Shown: positions 10,062 through 20,348 of the stretch, one piece after another
How positions within the stretch are numbered: position 1 is the stretch's first letter
How the letters are laid out: the number at the start of each line of letters is the position of its first letter
NCBI GenBank assembly: GCA_963696395.1
Contig: CAVOJZ010000002.1
Coordinates: forward strand, 363,989 to 427,988
Origin: an uncultured bacterium
GTDB taxonomy: Bacteria > Patescibacteriota > Minisyncoccia > UBA6257 > 2-01-FULL-56-20
Length of the DNA: 64,000 nt
Direction of reading: 5' to 3'
Notes under the pieces: model-generated
Told to the model about the DNA's origin: nothing
What the model saw: the letters and a program-made list of their open reading frames with translations, nothing else
Databases searched by the model: none
Made by a program: the position numbers and the translations under genes

Positions 10062-11543
10062 ATGCTTAATCGCCTGAAGTCTTTTCTTTTCAAGAACGAT
10101 ACGTCAAAGCAGACCGTTGCAAAAAATACAATCTGGTTGACCATCTCAAATTTTGGTGGACGCCTCATCAAAGCGGGCGTCATTGTCTATGGCGCGCGGG
10201 TTCTCGGTACCTCCAATTGGGGTGTTTTTTCGTATGCCATAACGCTCGCCGGCTTCCTCACGCTTTTTATGGATCCGGGGCTCAACAATATCATCATGCG
10301 TGAAATCGGAAAGGCCGACGACGAAAAGCGACGCACTATTTTCTCCACCACTTTCGCCATGAAAATGGTCTTGCTGGTCGCGGGCGTCTGCGTTGTCATT
10401 TTCATCGCCCCGTTTTTCTCAACGCTTCCCGGCGCAAAAGCGCTTTTGCCGATCGTTGCCATAATCCTTGGCCTCGATACAGTGCGCGAATTTCTCACGT
10501 CGTATGCACGCGGCATGGAGCGCATGGAATTTGACGCGGCAATATTCCTCCTTACCAATTTCGGCATCCTTGTCTTCGGGTTTATCTTCCTCGCCATGGC
10601 GCGGACTCCGTCCGCTCTTGCCTGGGCTTATGTCGGCGGTGATATTCTCGGCATCGCCCTCGCCGTTTTCATCGTCAGCACGTTCTTTAAGAGAATGCGG
10701 GAATATTTTTCGGCATCACTCATCGTGCCGATCCTTCAATCCGCATGGCCTTTTGCCGTGACGAGCGCGCTCGCTCTTCTTCTCACCAACACCGATATCC
10801 TGATCATCAGCTGGATAAAAACCGCCTCGGATGTCGGCATCTATGCATCCGCAATCCGTGTCTTGCAGGTGCTCTATCTCATCCCAACCGTTTTCCAATT
10901 CAGCACCCTGCCGCTCTTTGCGCGGTTCGCAAATAAAGACAATGTAAAGTTCCGCGCGGCGCTGGAGCAGACCGTCGGCCTCATATTCCTCGCTTCAATC
11001 CCCCTCGCCGTCGGCGGCGTGATCGTGGGCACAAGCCTCATGAGCTTCATTTTCGGCGCCGCCTATGCGGCAGGCGGAACATCGTTCAAGATACTCGCCA
11101 TCGGCCTCATGTTCGATTTCCCGGCGGTCGTGATAAGTTCCGCAATATTTGCCTACGACAAACAGCGCAGCCTCATTATCGCTTCCGCGATCGCCGGAGC
11201 GATGAACGTGGTGTTCGACATTATCCTTATTCCCCACTGGGGCATCAATGGATCGTCCGCGGCGACGCTCCTCGCTCAAATTGCCAGCAACTGGTATCTC
11301 TGGCACATGATGAAAAAAATAAATTACTTTGAAGTGTTGCCTTCGCTCAAAAAAATCATCGCCGCGAGCGTTGTCATGGGCGTGGCAACCTTCGCACTCG
11401 CCTATCTCCACGTTAATGTTGCTCTCACCATCATAGCCGGTGCGATCGTATACTTTGCCATGCTGCGATTGCTCCGCGAACCCTTGCTCATTGAAATCAA
11501 GCGCGTGATTACGCGAGCTGAAAGAGCCGAGGTGGTGGCATAG
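10062..11543 (+). CDS. Wzx-type polysaccharide flippase (copy 1)
   Basis: Multi-TM MOP family pattern: ARVLG..WGVFSYA, TDILII, VGIYASA. Confidence 0.9.
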   Translation: MLNRLKSFLFKNDTSKQTVAKNTIWLTISNFGGRLIKAGVIVYGARVLGTSNWGVFSYAITLAGFLTLFMDPGLNNIIMREIGKADDEKRRTIFSTTFAMKMVLLVAGVCVVIFIAPFFSTLPGAKALLPIVAIILGLDTVREFLTSYARGMERMEFDAAIFLLTNFGILVFGFIFLAMARTPSALAWAYVGGDILGIALAVFIVSTFFKRMREYFSASLIVPILQSAWPFAVTSALALLLTNTDILIISWIKTASDVGIYASAIRVLQVLYLIPTVFQFSTLPLFARFANKDNVKFRAALEQTVGLIFLASIPLAVGGVIVGTSLMSFIFGAAYAAGGTSFKILAIGLMFDFPAVVISSAIFAYDKQRSLIIASAIAGAMNVVFDIILIPHWGINGSSAATLLAQIASNWYLWHMMKKINYFEVLPSLKKIIAASVVMGVATFALAYLHVNVALTIIAGAIVYFAMLRLLREPLLIEIKRVITRAERAEVVA

Positions 11544-11570
11544 AAAATTGGAGCCAGACACAGGTCGCTT

Positions 11571-12413
11571 CTAGGCTCCGGAAAACAATCCACGCTTCAC
11601 TCGGGAGAGCGTCGCATGCAAAACTTTCTGTGTCCCTTGCGGCAGAAAGCTGTACACATATTGTGCGTAGTTCAACATATAGGCCGCCGTAAAATGCGGA
11701 TACTCGCGGCGATGCGTTTTAATCACCTGCAAGATATCCCGGGACTGTGATTTTTTAAAAATAAAAGTTTTGCTTTTTTCGGTCAGAAGATACCGCACGA
11801 AATATTTTTGGAAATTATAAAACTTTCCGCGGAGGCCCATCCGAAGCCACAAATCCCAATCTTCCACGTTGCCAAAATTGCCGTAGCCGCCGGCGGCAAG
11901 CGCAAAGTCGCGGCGGAACATCACCGTCGAGTGCGTAAATGGATTCGCAAAAAGCGCCTTGTCGCGGATCGCCTCGTCCGTTTCCAGTTTGAAGTAGCGG
12001 AATCGCTCGCTGTCATTTTCATCAATCACGATCGTTCCCCCGCCAACGAGAACATGCTCGGGATGCGATTCCAAGAAATTCACCTGCAGGGAAAGCTTTT
12101 CGTTGTCGCACCAATAGTCGTCATCATCAAGCCGGGCGATATAAGCGCCTCGCGCGGCGGACATGCCGTTGTTGAGATTCTTCGAGATGTCGGGATAGTT
12201 ATTTTTTTCGTTATGGATAGGGCGGATGCGGCTATCCTTGGCGGCGGCGTCATCGAGAAACGTCTTCGTGCCGTCGGTTGAAGCGTCGTTGATCACGACG
12301 AGTTCCCAATCGGTGAACGTTTGCTTCTGTACGCTCTGAATTGCCCGCGCAAGCAGATGCACACGATTCCACGTGGGCATGAGAACGGTTAGTTTAGGGG
12401 CGTTGGAAGACAT
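11571..12413 (-). CDS. Glycosyltransferase family 2
   Basis: TVLMPTWNR, NDASTD, ARLDDDD, EDWDLWLR. Confidence 0.9.
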   Translation of the reverse strand: MSSNAPKLTVLMPTWNRVHLLARAIQSVQKQTFTDWELVVINDASTDGTKTFLDDAAAKDSRIRPIHNEKNNYPDISKNLNNGMSAARGAYIARLDDDDYWCDNEKLSLQVNFLESHPEHVLVGGGTIVIDENDSERFRYFKLETDEAIRDKALFANPFTHSTVMFRRDFALAAGGYGNFGNVEDWDLWLRMGLRGKFYNFQKYFVRYLLTEKSKTFIFKKSQSRDILQVIKTHRREYPHFTAAYMLNYAQYVYSFLPQGTQKVLHATLSRVKRGLFSGA

Positions 12414-12414
12414 G

Positions 12415-13272
12415 TTATTTTTGAAAGCGTTTGCTTTGCAGCCACAGCCTGAATCTGTCGAATATGGGAAATTTTGAAGAGAATATGGAATACCAGAGCT
12501 TGAGCCGATGATACCAGACAATGCGATTTAAATGATACTTCCGACTGTCGGCCGCCGGCATCCGCTCGCTAAGGTCGGTAAAAATCTTGAGCATGGCGCG
12601 GCGTTCGGGCAGCAGTGCGCCTGCCGCGCGCGAAAGGCTGCTTGGCGTCATACGGTACTTGGCGAGCTGCTCCGGCAGATAACAAAACTTCGCGCCACCG
12701 TAGGAAATGCGCAGCCAAAATTCCCAGTCTTCAGCCCGCTGTCGCGAGGGGTCAAACGTTCCGAACCGGTTCACCACGGATCGCCGCAACATCACGGCGA
12801 GCGGATTGATGAAGTTGCGTTTGAGGAGATGCGGGAACACTTCGGCGCCGGAGAAATGCCACGTCTGGAGGGTAAGAAGATTATCCGGAGCGGAATCGTA
12901 AAAATGATAGAGGGAGGAATAACAGATATCGCATTCCGGATGTGCTTCGAGATACGCAACCTGTCGCTCCACTTTATTGGGAAGCAAAAGATCGTCCGCA
13001 TCGAGAAACGTTATATATTCCCCGCGGGAATGTTCGATACACATTTTCCGCGCTCCTCCTATACCAATGTTATTCTGCACCGACAAAGCGACGATACGAT
13101 TTCCATAGCTCGCTATGATTTCCGCCGTCTTGTCGTGAGAGCCGTTATTCAAAACGACGATCTCGATGTTTGGATAGGTTTGCGAAAGTGCAGAGTCGAG
13201 TGCCGCCGCCAAATACGGCTCCGCGTTGTAAGCCGATATAACGATCGAAGCGAGCGGCTTATTTTGATCCAT
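12415..13272 (-). CDS. Glycosyltransferase family 2
   Basis: SIVISAYNAE, FLDADD, AEDWEFWLR. Confidence 0.9.
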   Translation of the reverse strand: MDQNKPLASIVISAYNAEPYLAAALDSALSQTYPNIEIVVLNNGSHDKTAEIIASYGNRIVALSVQNNIGIGGARKMCIEHSRGEYITFLDADDLLLPNKVERQVAYLEAHPECDICYSSLYHFYDSAPDNLLTLQTWHFSGAEVFPHLLKRNFINPLAVMLRRSVVNRFGTFDPSRQRAEDWEFWLRISYGGAKFCYLPEQLAKYRMTPSSLSRAAGALLPERRAMLKIFTDLSERMPAADSRKYHLNRIVWYHRLKLWYSIFSSKFPIFDRFRLWLQSKRFQK

Positions 13273-14332
13273 GTTTCCAATACTCAGCCGTGAGCCAATG
13301 GACATATTCGCGAACCGAATCCTCCGGCGTATAACGCGGCTGCCAGTGGAGCAGTTTTTTGATTTTCGAAATGTCCGAAACGGCGTGGCGCGTATCGGTG
13401 CGGCGATAGCCCTTCCTCACGATCGGGGACGGCGACTTCGTAATCCGTTTTATCATTTCGGCGAGATCGCGCACGAGATATGCCTTGCCGCCGCCGACAT
13501 TGAAGGTCTCGTAGTTTGCCTTCCTGCTCGTGAGCGCCAAAACATTCGCCCGCACAACATCGTGCACGTTCACGAAGTCCCTCATTTGATTGCCGTCCTC
13601 ATAGCCGGCAATCGGTTCCCCTTTCAGAGCCTCGATCGCGAACATCCGCAGTGCGCCGGAATACATGTTGCGGGGCGAGTGCCGTGAACCTTGCACGATG
13701 GAGTACCGGAGGACGACATACGGAATGTCGTATGTTTTTCCAAAGCGATGCGCCAGGCGCTCGATGGCTTCTTTTGAAAGGCCGTAGGCGTTCGTCGGCG
13801 TGAGCTGTTGCGATTCCTTGAATGGATGGAATATCGCCGGTTTCCCGTGCGGGCACAGGATATCGAATTGCCCGGCTTTCAATTGTTTTTCGCTCCGCAG
13901 TTCCGGGAAGAACCGCTTGCCCGTGTGCGGACATTCGTATTCACCGTCGCCATAGGTGAATTGCGTGCTCGCAAAAATGATTTTCTTTATGGGAAGTTTT
14001 TTATCAACGATGAGTTCAAAAATCATCGCGGAGCTCACCGTGTTCGTCGAGAAAAATTTTCCGAAGTCGGGGCGCTGGTCCTGATACGTTGCAAAATGAT
14101 ATATGTATGACACGCCTTTTAAGGCTTTCGCGAGGTCCTCCTTCTTGCGCACATCGCCGCGCATGAGCTCAAAGCCTTTATTTTTCAGATAGCCTGGCCA
14201 TGTGCCGTCGTGCACCGGCGGCTCGAGGTTGTCCATGATGCGCACCTTATATCCTTTTTTGGCAAGCGCGTCGGCGGTGTGACTGCCAATGAAGCCGGCG
14301 CCTCCCGTGATTAATACGATTTCTTTAGGCAT
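13259..14332 (-). CDS. NAD-dependent nucleotide-sugar epimerase/dehydratase
   Basis: TGGAGFIGSH, YGLSK. Confidence 0.9.
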   Translation of the reverse strand: MPKEIVLITGGAGFIGSHTADALAKKGYKVRIMDNLEPPVHDGTWPGYLKNKGFELMRGDVRKKEDLAKALKGVSYIYHFATYQDQRPDFGKFFSTNTVSSAMIFELIVDKKLPIKKIIFASTQFTYGDGEYECPHTGKRFFPELRSEKQLKAGQFDILCPHGKPAIFHPFKESQQLTPTNAYGLSKEAIERLAHRFGKTYDIPYVVLRYSIVQGSRHSPRNMYSGALRMFAIEALKGEPIAGYEDGNQMRDFVNVHDVVRANVLALTSRKANYETFNVGGGKAYLVRDLAEMIKRITKSPSPIVRKGYRRTDTRHAVSDISKIKKLLHWQPRYTPEDSVREYVHWLTAEYWKHGSK

Positions 14333-14345
14333 GGTTTGATTGGGT

Positions 14346-15251
14346 TTATTGACCCTTATCTACATAGCATACAAAATCTTCCTCCGCTTCGGTATGGAGC
14401 TCGCAAATGTACTCCGGGCAGATGGACTTGAGGATTGCCGGCAATTCGGTTTTGTCTCCCGGCGCGTGATAGGCCGACATCGCAATCACGGGCTTCCACC
14501 GCGCAATCGTTTCGCGCGCACCGTTCAGGATTTTCGCTTCATATCCTTCGGTATCCATTTTGATGAAATCAACCCGCGAAATATTATTTCGTTTCACGAG
14601 CGCATCGATGGTCGTAAGCGTCACGATCTCTTTGATAATCTCTCCAAGCTTTGGGTCGTGGGGCGTCAGACTCGAACCGTCTATGCGGGCGGTACCAAGC
14701 TGATCACGATACTTCTCCATCGCTTTCATTTCCTCCGCATCACCCAGGCCGTCATTCACACAGACCACCTGAGGATAATGTTCGACATTTTTTTTGAGAA
14801 TTGTGAATGTTTCCGCAGACGGTTCGACTGCATAAATTTTTGCCGCAGGAAAATCGTGGGCAACTTTTATGCTGAACGTTCCGATGTTTGCGCCGGCATC
14901 AATCACGACGTCGCCGTCTTTTATGAACCGCTTCGCGTCGTATTGATCGCGCACGATGACCTGTTCTATAAGAATGAGCGATTCGCCATATAGCGGGCCG
15001 TAAAATGGATGGCCGTATATCGTCATAGACCCATCGGCATTTGCAAATTTGCGCTTCACGCTTTCAGCCTGGTACTCGTTAAAAAATATCTGGAATCTCG
15101 CGCCGACCTCAGCGCTCTTCATGCCGCCCGGGAGCATGATGCCCACGAATTCGGAAAAGCTGAATTTCCCGCGCAACAGTCCGATGAATGCGACATATCG
15201 ATAAAAAAGTTTCGGGGATATTTTGAGATAGGGATGCTGCAGGATGTCCAT
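14346..15251 (-). CDS. FkbM family SAM-dependent methyltransferase
   Basis: IDAGANIG, AVEP, FIKMDTEGYE. Confidence 0.9.
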   Translation of the reverse strand: MDILQHPYLKISPKLFYRYVAFIGLLRGKFSFSEFVGIMLPGGMKSAEVGARFQIFFNEYQAESVKRKFANADGSMTIYGHPFYGPLYGESLILIEQVIVRDQYDAKRFIKDGDVVIDAGANIGTFSIKVAHDFPAAKIYAVEPSAETFTILKKNVEHYPQVVCVNDGLGDAEEMKAMEKYRDQLGTARIDGSSLTPHDPKLGEIIKEIVTLTTIDALVKRNNISRVDFIKMDTEGYEAKILNGARETIARWKPVIAMSAYHAPGDKTELPAILKSICPEYICELHTEAEEDFVCYVDKGQ

Positions 15252-15275
15252 CGGTATAGTCAGGTGATAATTATG

Positions 15276-16193
15276 TTATTGAAGATATATCTTCGGATCA
15301 ATATCCGCGGCGGCTGCATTCGCTTCCAGCTGGACGATATTTTTGGAACCAACGATGACACTCGTAATGGTTGGGTTCGCAAGGCACCAGCCAAGCGCCC
15401 ACTGCGCCATATCCATTCCCGGCGGAACTTCCGTGCGCTTTATTTCCTCAACCCGCCGCAGACGCTCGTCGTTGAATCCCGGAGCCGCACCGGCACGGAT
15501 GTCCCCCGCCGCAAATGTCGTCCCCGGAGCATAGCGACCGCTCAGAAACCCCCTCGATAGCGGAATACGTGCCAACACGCCGAAGCCGTGTGCTTCGCAG
15601 AAAGGAAGAACAACGCTTTCTGCCTCACGGCTAAGACGATTATACACCACCTGCATCACATCCGCTTTTATTGCGGCTGCGGCTTCAAGCTGATGAATGT
15701 CGCCTTTCACGGTAAGGTCTCCCGAAAGCGAAATGCCGAGATGGCGGATTTTTCCGAGTGTGACCTGCCGGGCAAGCATCTCCCACAATGCATCGTTATC
15801 GAAAACCGCATTCGGTCCTGAATGGAATTGATAGATGTCGACATACTCGGTGCCGAGCGCGCGAAGCGATGCCTCGAGCTGCTGCTCAACGTCGCGGGCA
15901 CTCCATGCGTCGTCTTTTTTGAACGACTCGTGCGAAACGTGGCCGAACTTGGTGGCAATGATCCATTTGTCGCGCCTGCCTCGCGTTGCCTGGCCGATCA
16001 TCGATTCCACGCCATGGTCGCCATAGCATTCGGCCGTATCGATCACGTTTATGCCAAGTTCGCCTGCACGATGGACAATGCGTTCGACGTCGCGCGGCGA
16101 ATATGCAACGCCCCACTCACCGGAAAATTGGTGTGTGCCGAGCGCGATGACCGATGCCTCTATGCCGGTCGTGCCGAGCCGTCGGTATTTCAT
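15276..16193 (-). CDS. Aldo/keto reductase
   Basis: IDTAECYG, IATKFG, SLRALGTEYVDIYQFH, PLSRGFL. Confidence 0.92.
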   Translation of the reverse strand: MKYRRLGTTGIEASVIALGTHQFSGEWGVAYSPRDVERIVHRAGELGINVIDTAECYGDHGVESMIGQATRGRRDKWIIATKFGHVSHESFKKDDAWSARDVEQQLEASLRALGTEYVDIYQFHSGPNAVFDNDALWEMLARQVTLGKIRHLGISLSGDLTVKGDIHQLEAAAAIKADVMQVVYNRLSREAESVVLPFCEAHGFGVLARIPLSRGFLSGRYAPGTTFAAGDIRAGAAPGFNDERLRRVEEIKRTEVPPGMDMAQWALGWCLANPTITSVIVGSKNIVQLEANAAAADIDPKIYLQ

Positions 16194-17263
16194 TATGGGT
16201 AAGGCTTGAGCCAGCGGAGATCGTCCGAGAGATAATGCCTTGAGTAAAGATCGGCGATGGTCTTGAGGCGATAGAATTTCGGGTCTTTGAATTGCTCTTC
16301 GGAAAGATGCATCTCGCTGAACTTTTCGGTCATTTGCTCAATACCCTTCTCAATCGGCCATTGTGCGCTGTATCCCGGGAAAATCTTTTTTATCTTTTCG
16401 AACGAAACCTGATAGGTGCGGGTGTCCTTGGCATTTGCGATGGTGGGGTTCTTCAGCAACGCTTCCGCGCTCGCGTCTTCGGTGAGAAGCTTAACTTCCG
16501 ATCCCGGAATCCGCCCTGTAACCATGCGCGCGATATCGATGATCTTCATGTTGTTCTTTTCGTCCCCGGCATTCACAATGAGCAAGCCGCCCTTCCAATC
16601 CGACTCAACGGCACATCGCGCCGCCTGAGCCATATCCAGAACGTGAATGTTCGGCCTCCACGCGCTGCCGTCGGAGTTGAGCACTATTTTTTTCGTCGTG
16701 ATCGCCATCCCGACAAACATGTTAATGACGATGTCGAAACGCATCCGCGGTGACAGGCCGAATGCCGTTGCAAACCGCAACGCGACCGGCGAAAAATCCT
16801 TGTCGGCGAGCTCCCGCAGGTCCTGTTCGATCTGGAACTTGTTCATCGCGTATGCCGTCTGCGGCGCCGTAGGAGATTCTTCGCTCAATGCTTCATCGCC
16901 GCCCTTGCCGTACACGGAACAACTGGAAGCAAAGACGAATTTCACGCCAAGCTTTTTACACATCGTTGCGATGGTGCGGGCATAGGCTCGGGTTGGGTCG
17001 TATATTTTTGCGGCATCGAGATTGCTGAAGGGATCATTCGAAATGCCGGCGAGATGCACGACGGCGTAGACACCCTCCAGATCCTTTTCGGTCATGTCGC
17101 GGGCATCCCGCATGATGGTTTCAACCGCTTTCGGCGGAAAAAGAATGCTGTCGCGGAAAAATCCCGTGTCGAACCCCACGACATCGTAACCATGTTCGGC
17201 AAAATATTCCGTGAACACGGAACCGAGATATCCAAGAGAGCCGGTGATTAATATTTTTTTCAT
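16193..17263 (-). CDS. SDR nucleotide-sugar epimerase/dehydratase
   Basis: TGSLGYLGS, HLAGISNDP, SSCSVYG, YAMNK. Confidence 0.9.
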   Translation of the reverse strand: MKKILITGSLGYLGSVFTEYFAEHGYDVVGFDTGFFRDSILFPPKAVETIMRDARDMTEKDLEGVYAVVHLAGISNDPFSNLDAAKIYDPTRAYARTIATMCKKLGVKFVFASSCSVYGKGGDEALSEESPTAPQTAYAMNKFQIEQDLRELADKDFSPVALRFATAFGLSPRMRFDIVINMFVGMAITTKKIVLNSDGSAWRPNIHVLDMAQAARCAVESDWKGGLLIVNAGDEKNNMKIIDIARMVTGRIPGSEVKLLTEDASAEALLKNPTIANAKDTRTYQVSFEKIKKIFPGYSAQWPIEKGIEQMTEKFSEMHLSEEQFKDPKFYRLKTIADLYSRHYLSDDLRWLKPYP

Positions 17264-18363
17264 GAATTGTTAATGAGATCCCTCATCCACGCCGTCTGGC
17301 CTTTAAGCCCCGTCGGTTGCCACGATGCGGCCGTGAAATGGGTGAACGTGCCATACATACGAGTATAAACCCCGGGCATAACTTCAGTCCACGGAGCGCT
17401 ATCATAGTCGCAGGTCCCTGGGAGCAATAATAGCTTCGGCCCATCAACGGGTTGTTTCCCGCCGTTATCGAGACCCCACGTCGGAAGAAAATTTGGCGCC
17501 TTTTTTTTGAAGCGCTCGGTACGGAAAAATGAAAATCCCGGCCAGACATAATAAATCGGCGACCAGAAATGCCAAAACGGCAAACGAGCGACAATTGCGC
17601 CCCACGCGTCGCTCGTCCCCATCATCTCGAGGATAGAGACCGGCTCGGTCGGGAACATATCGCCGTCGATGAGTCCGAAAACTTCGGGCTTAAATCGCTC
17701 TATGATGTTGTGATATCCCCAATCAAGACCGAAAGCGTGTGAGGTGCCGTCTTTCCAGCGCGCCCAGGCATCGTGCCTTTGGAGGCGTACGTAATTGATT
17801 TTTTGGCTTTCGCAATATTTCCTTACGCGCTCCGACCGACCCGTTTCGTCTGTGTTATCAAGCACGAAATATTCGAAGGGGTCTTTAATAAATTTTTTGC
17901 AGGCCTCATAGTGTAGCTCCACCGTGTCCGCGTCATAAAAAACCACGTTAATAAGAAATAGTCTTTTGGAATCCGGGTTGTAAAGAACCTCAGAAGCCGC
18001 CGGCGTGGAATAAAATTTTTTATCCATCTGAGGTCGGACAAAAATCTTTTCCCAATATTTCTTAAGTCGTTTTAAAGTGGTCGGCGGCGTGGGGAATGTA
18101 AATTTAATGCTTTCGTCATAACGAATACTCACGCCGCACTCGGAGCACTTGCCCACCGGCTGGAGGCTCCCGATGAATTCCGCATGTTTTTTACACATCG
18201 GCCGGTCAGGATGAAATTTATGGTCATCCCAAAAAAGGACCATATTGGAATATTGCCTGCTCAAAAGTTGATCGATGACAGCACGGCGTCCCGTAACGCG
18301 GCCGAAGTAAAAGAGGAACGCGATCGCTGCAACTATAAGGATGAGAATAATGTTGATGATCAT
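17260..18363 (-). CDS. Membrane-anchored putative glycosyltransferase (GT-A-like) with Cys-containing N-terminal segment
   Basis: Start chosen at ATGA overlap; N-terminal TM; CKKH..CSEC; FVLDN, SHAFGL, IDGDMF (DxD); glycan-locus context. Confidence 0.55.
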   Translation of the reverse strand: MIINIILILIVAAIAFLFYFGRVTGRRAVIDQLLSRQYSNMVLFWDDHKFHPDRPMCKKHAEFIGSLQPVGKCSECGVSIRYDESIKFTFPTPPTTLKRLKKYWEKIFVRPQMDKKFYSTPAASEVLYNPDSKRLFLINVVFYDADTVELHYEACKKFIKDPFEYFVLDNTDETGRSERVRKYCESQKINYVRLQRHDAWARWKDGTSHAFGLDWGYHNIIERFKPEVFGLIDGDMFPTEPVSILEMMGTSDAWGAIVARLPFWHFWSPIYYVWPGFSFFRTERFKKKAPNFLPTWGLDNGGKQPVDGPKLLLLPGTCDYDSAPWTEVMPGVYTRMYGTFTHFTAASWQPTGLKGQTAWMRDLINNS

Positions 18364-19265
18364 ATTTTGATCCAACTTTCAGGAGCGACGTCGCGCGTAT
18401 CGGTGAGTGGATTGACCAACCACTGCTTCGGCGCAACAACGACCTTGCCCGGATTCCGAGAGAGCCACGCGGCCCACCAAGCAAACGAACTGTTTGGGAT
18501 AATGAAATGCTTACAGAGCGTCATGAGATGAAGGGCATTCGCGCATTCCGGCCCATTATGCTCGTCTCCAACGAACACATGCTCGACATCAATTTTAAAG
18601 TTTTCACGACACCAGTCAATCTCGTCGGATGAGATATAAAATACGGGATTCGAACCCGCTTTCTCTTTCATTATCGCAATCGCACGTTCATAGTACTCCG
18701 GCGTCGCCACGTAATAAAGCTTGCGTAAGCGCTCGAGACGAACCGTTTCTTTTCGTCTGATAAAAAGCGAAACAGCATTTACCTGCGAAATTTGTTTAGC
18801 CAGATCTGCGGTCTTACCCCCAAGCGAAGGACGAAATTTAAAATCTCCCCTAATCTCGGGCTCATATTGATGGAAGTATTTTTCCGACTGGAAATATCCG
18901 TCCAGATAAATATCGCCCTTGAATTTAAAAAAGTCTGGGTTGAAGACATATGGGTTTGAATCTCCGATGTATTGCCACACACCAAGCCCCGCCATCGTAC
19001 GCGCATAAAACTTATTTATTGCTTTGGCCACGTATGGTATGCGCACCCGTGATTGAATCTTAGCGACTGCGGCATAACGCGGGTCGATGGAAAAAACCGT
19101 TGGAAGCCCGTAAGTGCGGATGGGGTTGTCTTTCCAGGGCGTCGGATCGAAAAGCGGCGACGGATCAATTCGCAAACCGTCATTATTGTGGAGCGAAAGT
19201 GCGCGGCCGGCTGCATACTGGAACATCTGATTGCCGAGGCCTCCGTGAATCCGCGCAGTAATCAT
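18360..19265 (-). CDS. Alpha-1,2-fucosyltransferase (GT11), copy 1
   Basis: GGLGNQMFQYA, GYFQSEKYF, SDEIDWC, NSSFAWWAAWL. Confidence 0.92.
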   Translation of the reverse strand: MITARIHGGLGNQMFQYAAGRALSLHNNDGLRIDPSPLFDPTPWKDNPIRTYGLPTVFSIDPRYAAVAKIQSRVRIPYVAKAINKFYARTMAGLGVWQYIGDSNPYVFNPDFFKFKGDIYLDGYFQSEKYFHQYEPEIRGDFKFRPSLGGKTADLAKQISQVNAVSLFIRRKETVRLERLRKLYYVATPEYYERAIAIMKEKAGSNPVFYISSDEIDWCRENFKIDVEHVFVGDEHNGPECANALHLMTLCKHFIIPNSSFAWWAAWLSRNPGKVVVAPKQWLVNPLTDTRDVAPESWIKI

Positions 19266-19357
19266 GATAGTTAGGGTAGCTTATTTGCAAGAATCTTTCA
19301 AACAATTACGGAACTCGGCGGTCTTCGCTTGAGGCAAAGAGATAATGAGCGGTCGAC

Positions 19358-19390
19358 ATGATTCTCAAAATCACCACAGCCACAACATAA
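19358..19390 (+). other. Candidate Thr/Ile-rich leader peptide MILKITTATT
   Basis: ATG 19358 to TAA 19390; 4 Thr and 2 Ile in 10 codons; followed by hairpins and a U-tract. Confidence 0.35.
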
Positions 19391-19403
19391 CGGCTGCGGT
19401 CCG

Positions 19404-19434
19404 GGACACAGTCTCCCGATTGTGTCCGTTTTTT
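19404..19434 (+). terminator. Intrinsic terminator (+ strand)
   Basis: GGACACAGTC-TCCC-GATTGTGTCC then G-TTTTTT. Confidence 0.7.
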
Positions 19435-19440
19435 ATTTAC

Positions 19441-19470
19441 AAAAAACCGCCGGGGCAAGATGCCTCGGCG
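19441..19470 (-). terminator. Intrinsic terminator of the IMPase pseudogene
   Basis: CGCCGGGGC/GCCTCGGCG hairpin preceded by an A6 run on the + strand. Confidence 0.65.
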
Positions 19471-19495
19471 ATGCTGTTAAACTGTAAGTTATATT

Positions 19496-20320
19496 TCAGC
19501 TTTTGAGCGCTTCCAGAATGGTGTCTAGCTTCTCCTGGTTGATCGCGGCCACCATGTCGCCGCATCGTTCCGGTGTGCATGGTTTGCCGTTGAAGTCGGT
19601 GATAATGCCACCGGCTTCTTCAATGAGCAGCCACGCCGGCCAATTATCCCACGGCTTATTGCCGACACTCACAAACGCGTCAGCTCTTCCCATCGCAACG
19701 GTCGTGGCGGCAACGCACGTTGACATACCCGGACGCACGGTGATGCGCGACCCAAGCAACGATATCGGCGGCTTGAAGAATTTCTTGGATGACCCTTCAA
19801 GCATCACCACGAGCCGATCCTGCTTCCGTGCCTTTGCGGCATCCAGTCGATGGTACTCACCGTGCTCGCCACACCACTGCCACGCCCCCTCCCCGCGAAC
19901 CGCGTAGAAGAAGCCATTCTTTCGCAGGAAGTGGTCAACCGGTCGGAAAAGCGCCGCATAGACGATATGTTAAGCTTTACGCCGAGCGACCATGCCTCCG
20001 AAAGAGTTCGTGCCCAAGGCGTGATTGCCGGTGCCATCAAGTCCGTCGACCGACCACTGAGGAAAAATACTTTTCAGTATTTCTGTCAGTTCTTCGGCGC
20101 TACGGTTGTCTTCTTCCCCGATGATATCGTCGCCCGGGAAACAGTCACTGATAGTTTTCCTTAACTGGGCAAGCGTGAAATGGTCAAGACTGCCAACGGG
20201 AGTATCGTCCGCCTTAATCTTGGTTGCCATCTCGGCGTGAGCCGTTGCGATATAGTGCGGAGCAAGCGAGTCGAAGCATAGACCCAAAGCTGCCGTCGTT
20301 CTTGTGTATTCACTAAACAC
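19496..20320 (-). pseudogene. Inositol monophosphatase family gene interrupted by one in-frame TAA (19970-19972)
   Basis: IIGEE, WSVDGLDGTGN upstream; after the stop the same frame continues HIVYAALFRP..FYAVRGEGAW..KPWDNWPAWLLIEEAGGIITD. Confidence 0.85.
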
Positions 20321-20348
20321 AAAAAACCTCCTTCTGATTGCTGGCGAT

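Noticed and set aside
19970-19972. Stop-codon reassignment (alternative genetic code)
   Set aside because: TAA, TAG and TGA all end full-length conserved genes in this window; the internal stop is a single case.
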